This document shows positions 34,662-34,968 of a DNA stretch of 34,968 nucleotides, piece by piece. Source of the DNA: Desulfobulbaceae bacterium (lineage in GTDB: Bacteria > Desulfobacterota > Desulfobulbia > Desulfobulbales > Desulfocapsaceae). The stretch spans positions 1 through 34,968 of the forward strand of contig JAMOMO010000276.1 of the NCBI GenBank assembly GCA_027067035.1. Reading direction: 5' to 3'. The notes beneath the pieces are model-generated. The model saw only the letters and a list, made by a program, of their open reading frames with translations. It ran no database searches and had not been told where the DNA came from. Position numbers and translations under genes: made by a program. The stretch's first letter is position 1, and every line of letters starts with the position of its first letter.

Positions 34662-34968
34662 ATGATTGATGTGGACCCCAGTCTGGTGAACTGGTCCAGG
34701 GCGCAGTTTGCGTTCACGGCCATGTATCACTGGATTTTTGTACCCCTGACACTTGGACTGTCATTTCTCTGCGCCTTTTACGAGACCATCTATCTCAAGA
34801 CCGGCAATGAAGAGTGGCGAAAGATTACCCGTTTCTGGATGACCCTTTTCGGTATTAACTTTGCCATTGGTGTTGCCACAGGAATTATCCTTGAGTTTGA
34901 ATTCGGGACAAACTGGTCAAATTACTCCTGGATGGTTGGAGATATCTTCGGGGCTCCGCTGGCCATTG
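34662..34968 (+). CDS. cydA: Cytochrome bd quinol oxidase subunit I (5' part, runs off the window; not in the ORF track)
   Basis: GAGGAGG RBS then [32 protein letters not shown]...[40 protein letters not shown]. Confidence 0.95.
   Translation, partial: MIDVDPSLVNWSRAQFAFTAMYHWIFVPLTLGLSFLCAFYETIYLKTGNEEWRKITRFWMTLFGINFAIGVATGIILEFEFGTNWSNYSWMVGDIFGAPLAI

Noticed and set aside
1-34968. Many overlapping alternative-frame and antisense ORFs in the track (e.g. 2929-3582, 7032-7763, 29173-29940, 31248-32045)
   Set aside because: They overlap well-supported genes, have no recognisable motifs, and are expected shadows in moderately GC-rich coding DNA.

Overview
Gene-dense bacterial chromosomal window with no RNA genes, CRISPR or intact mobile elements that I can support. 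Gene content suggests an anaerobic Desulfobacterota (Desulfobulbales-like); this is inference. Five blocks: (1) 253-12542 (-): a tightly packed run of MBL hydrolase, POTRA-less Omp85 barrel, dtd, M16C/PreP peptidase and SAM methyltransferase, leading into a dialkylresorcinol-type biosynthetic cluster (darA, darB, XRE-like small protein, BtrH-like Cys-His protein, ABC exporter, ACP). (2) 12828-17209 (+): an envelope trio of exported TPR protein, SH3b lipoprotein with an acidic tail and a 1001-aa double PQQ-type beta-propeller, followed by a repeated palindrome. (3) 17481-30654 (-): a complete propionate/methylmalonyl-CoA/succinate operon (TetR, prpE, sucC, sucD, split B12 mutase, meaB, mce, Na+-translocating decarboxylase mmdA/D/C/B), interrupted by an apparently catalytically dead exported GlpQ paralogue between sucC and sucD and by csaA. 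(4) 31068-33595 (+): pseudo-REC-GGDEF-HD-GYP plus HDOD. (5) 33927-end (+): Rrf2, DUF4492-like, partial cydA. Best leads: the extended dar operon, the GlpQ pseudoenzyme, possible Na+-driven propionyl-CoA carboxylation, and the TPR-SH3-propeller module. All family calls come from motif recognition, not database searches.
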